Of a stretch of 64,000 nucleotides of DNA, positions 62,811 through 64,000 are shown piece after piece. Source of the DNA: Treponemataceae bacterium (GTDB lineage Bacteria > Spirochaetota > Spirochaetia > Treponematales > Treponemataceae); contig JAKSTT010000001.1 of NCBI GenBank assembly GCA_024413635.1, positions 8,433 to 72,432 on the forward strand, written 5' to 3'. How positions within the stretch are numbered: the first letter of the stretch is position 1; each line of letters begins with the position of its first letter. The notes under the pieces were generated by a model. It saw only the letters and a program-made list of their open reading frames with translations. It did no database searches and was not told the origin of the DNA. The position numbers and the translations under genes were made by a program.

Positions 62811-64000
62811 ATGAACAGAAGATTAATTACCTCTGCATTACCGTATGTAAATAACGTTCCACACCTGGGAAACTGTATCCAGGTTCTTTCTGCTGACGTT
62901 TTTGCCCGTTTCTGCCGCAGCCGCGGTTACGATACTCTGTACGTGTGTGGTACTGATGAATACGGTACTGCAACTGAAACCCGTGCCCTTGAAGAAAAGA
63001 AAAAGCCACGTGAACTGTGTGACTACTATCACGCAATCCATAAGGATATCTATGACTGGTTCGGCATCAACTTTGACTACTTTGGCCGCACCTCAACTCC
63101 ACAGCAGACTGAAATTGTTCAGGCAATGTTCAATGACCTGGACAGCCGTGGATTCATCAAGGAAAACACCATTGAACAGCTGTACTGCCCCCACTGCGAA
63201 CGCTTCCTGGCAGACCGCTACGTTCTGGGAACCTGTCCGAAATGCGGTTCAACCGATGCCCGCGGTGATCAGTGTGATGCCTGCGGTACCCTGCTGGAAC
63301 CAACTGAACTGAAAGAACCAAAATGTTCTACCTGTGGTTCAACTCCTGAACTGCGTTCTACCAAACACCTGTACATTGACCTGCCGAAAATCCAGGCTGA
63401 ATATGCTCCATGGATGAAAGAAGCTTCTGAAAGAGGCCGCTGGGCTAAAAATGCCGTACAGATGACCGAAGCATGGATCCGTGACGGGCTCCATGAACGT
63501 GCCATTACCCGTGACCTGAAGTGGGGTATTCCGGTACCAAAAGAAGGCTTTGAAGACAAAGTATTCTATGTTTGGTTCGATGCTCCTATCGGATACATTT
63601 CAATTACCAAAGCTCTGGCTGATAAACTGGCCAAAATGGAATCTCCTGAAGCCTTTGACTGGAAGACCTGGTGGCTGCCGGCTGAAAGCTCAGAAGAAAA
63701 AGCAAAGATTCCTGTTGATCTGTTCCAGTTCATCGGAAAAGACAACATTCCGTTCCATACCGTAATTTTCCCGTCAACCCTTATCGGTTCCGGAAAAGAA
63801 TGGACCAAACTGTACCACATGAGTTCCAGTGAATACCTGAACTACGAAAGCGGTAAGTTCTCAAAATCACGCGGTATCGGCGTATTCGGTACTGACGCCC
63901 GCGAATCAGGCATTCCTGCTGATATGTGGCGTTTCTACATCTTCTATAACCGTCCAGAAAAATCAGACTTCCAGTTCATGTGGAAAGATTTCCAGGAAAA
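62811..64000 (+). CDS. metG: Methionine--tRNA ligase (5' partial, runs off window)
   Basis: Not in the ORF track because there is no stop codon in the window. My translation gives [21 protein letters not shown] (HIGH), zinc knuckles CPHCERF...CPKCGS...CDACG...CSTCGS, and KFSKSRG (KMSKS). Confidence 0.95.
   Translation, partial: MNRRLITSALPYVNNVPHLGNCIQVLSADVFARFCRSRGYDTLYVCGTDEYGTATETRALEEKKKPRELCDYYHAIHKDIYDWFGINFDYFGRTSTPQQTEIVQAMFNDLDSRGFIKENTIEQLYCPHCERFLADRYVLGTCPKCGSTDARGDQCDACGTLLEPTELKEPKCSTCGSTPELRSTKHLYIDLPKIQAEYAPWMKEASERGRWAKNAVQMTEAWIRDGLHERAITRDLKWGIPVPKEGFEDKVFYVWFDAPIGYISITKALADKLAKMESPEAFDWKTWWLPAESSEEKAKIPVDLFQFIGKDNIPFHTVIFPSTLIGSGKEWTKLYHMSSSEYLNYESGKFSKSRGIGVFGTDARESGIPADMWRFYIFYNRPEKSDFQFMWKDFQE

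Overview
The window holds about 58 protein-coding genes and one tRNA-Arg(CCG). I found no rRNA, CRISPR array, transposase, integrase or prophage signature. Most of it is core housekeeping. There are two conserved minus-strand blocks, rpsF-ssb-rpsR-rplI-dnaB and rpsB-tsf-frr-uppS-cdsA-dxr-rseP, plus ileS, metG (partial, runs off the 3' edge), ppdK, murC, folC, smpB, hemW, rex and an hrpA-like helicase. The eukaryote-like (type 2) IleS, PPDK, paired DUF115/Maf genes and the general look of the proteins suggest a Treponema-like spirochaete. That is a low-confidence inference.

All family calls come from motifs read by eye in the supplied translations. No BLAST, HMM or folding was run. Several ORF-track starts were trimmed to internal ATG/GTG codons with a better RBS or promoter context.

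Items worth a second look:
1. An eight-gene, translationally coupled + strand operon (54891-62751). Six of its genes have the order and topology of rnfCDGEAB, but by eye they lack the NADH/FMN motif of RnfC, the FMN-attachment S/TGAT motifs of RnfD and RnfG, and half of the RnfA/E cysteine ligands. They are preceded by an unknown 491-aa membrane protein and followed by a GH57-like protein with substituted catalytic residues.
2. A six-gene minus-strand operon (18469-26540). It is headed by a 1067-aa hyper-acidic DDF-motif repeat protein containing near-perfect 36-nt and 45-nt tandem repeats. A small unknown protein, two DUF115/Maf-type proteins and a membrane protein with a degenerate GGDEF-like domain follow.
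3. A 12-mer, GCCGATACTGTA, carrying a sigma28-type -10 core. It is shared by the upstream regions of that operon and of a HEAT-repeat gene 24 kb away.
4. A signal-peptidase-I homologue whose Ser/Lys dyad positions read Asp/Arg.
5. A P-loop/Asp23 fusion protein.
6. Several -10 boxes positioned for leaderless mRNAs.
7. Structured leaders upstream of rpsB and rpsF.
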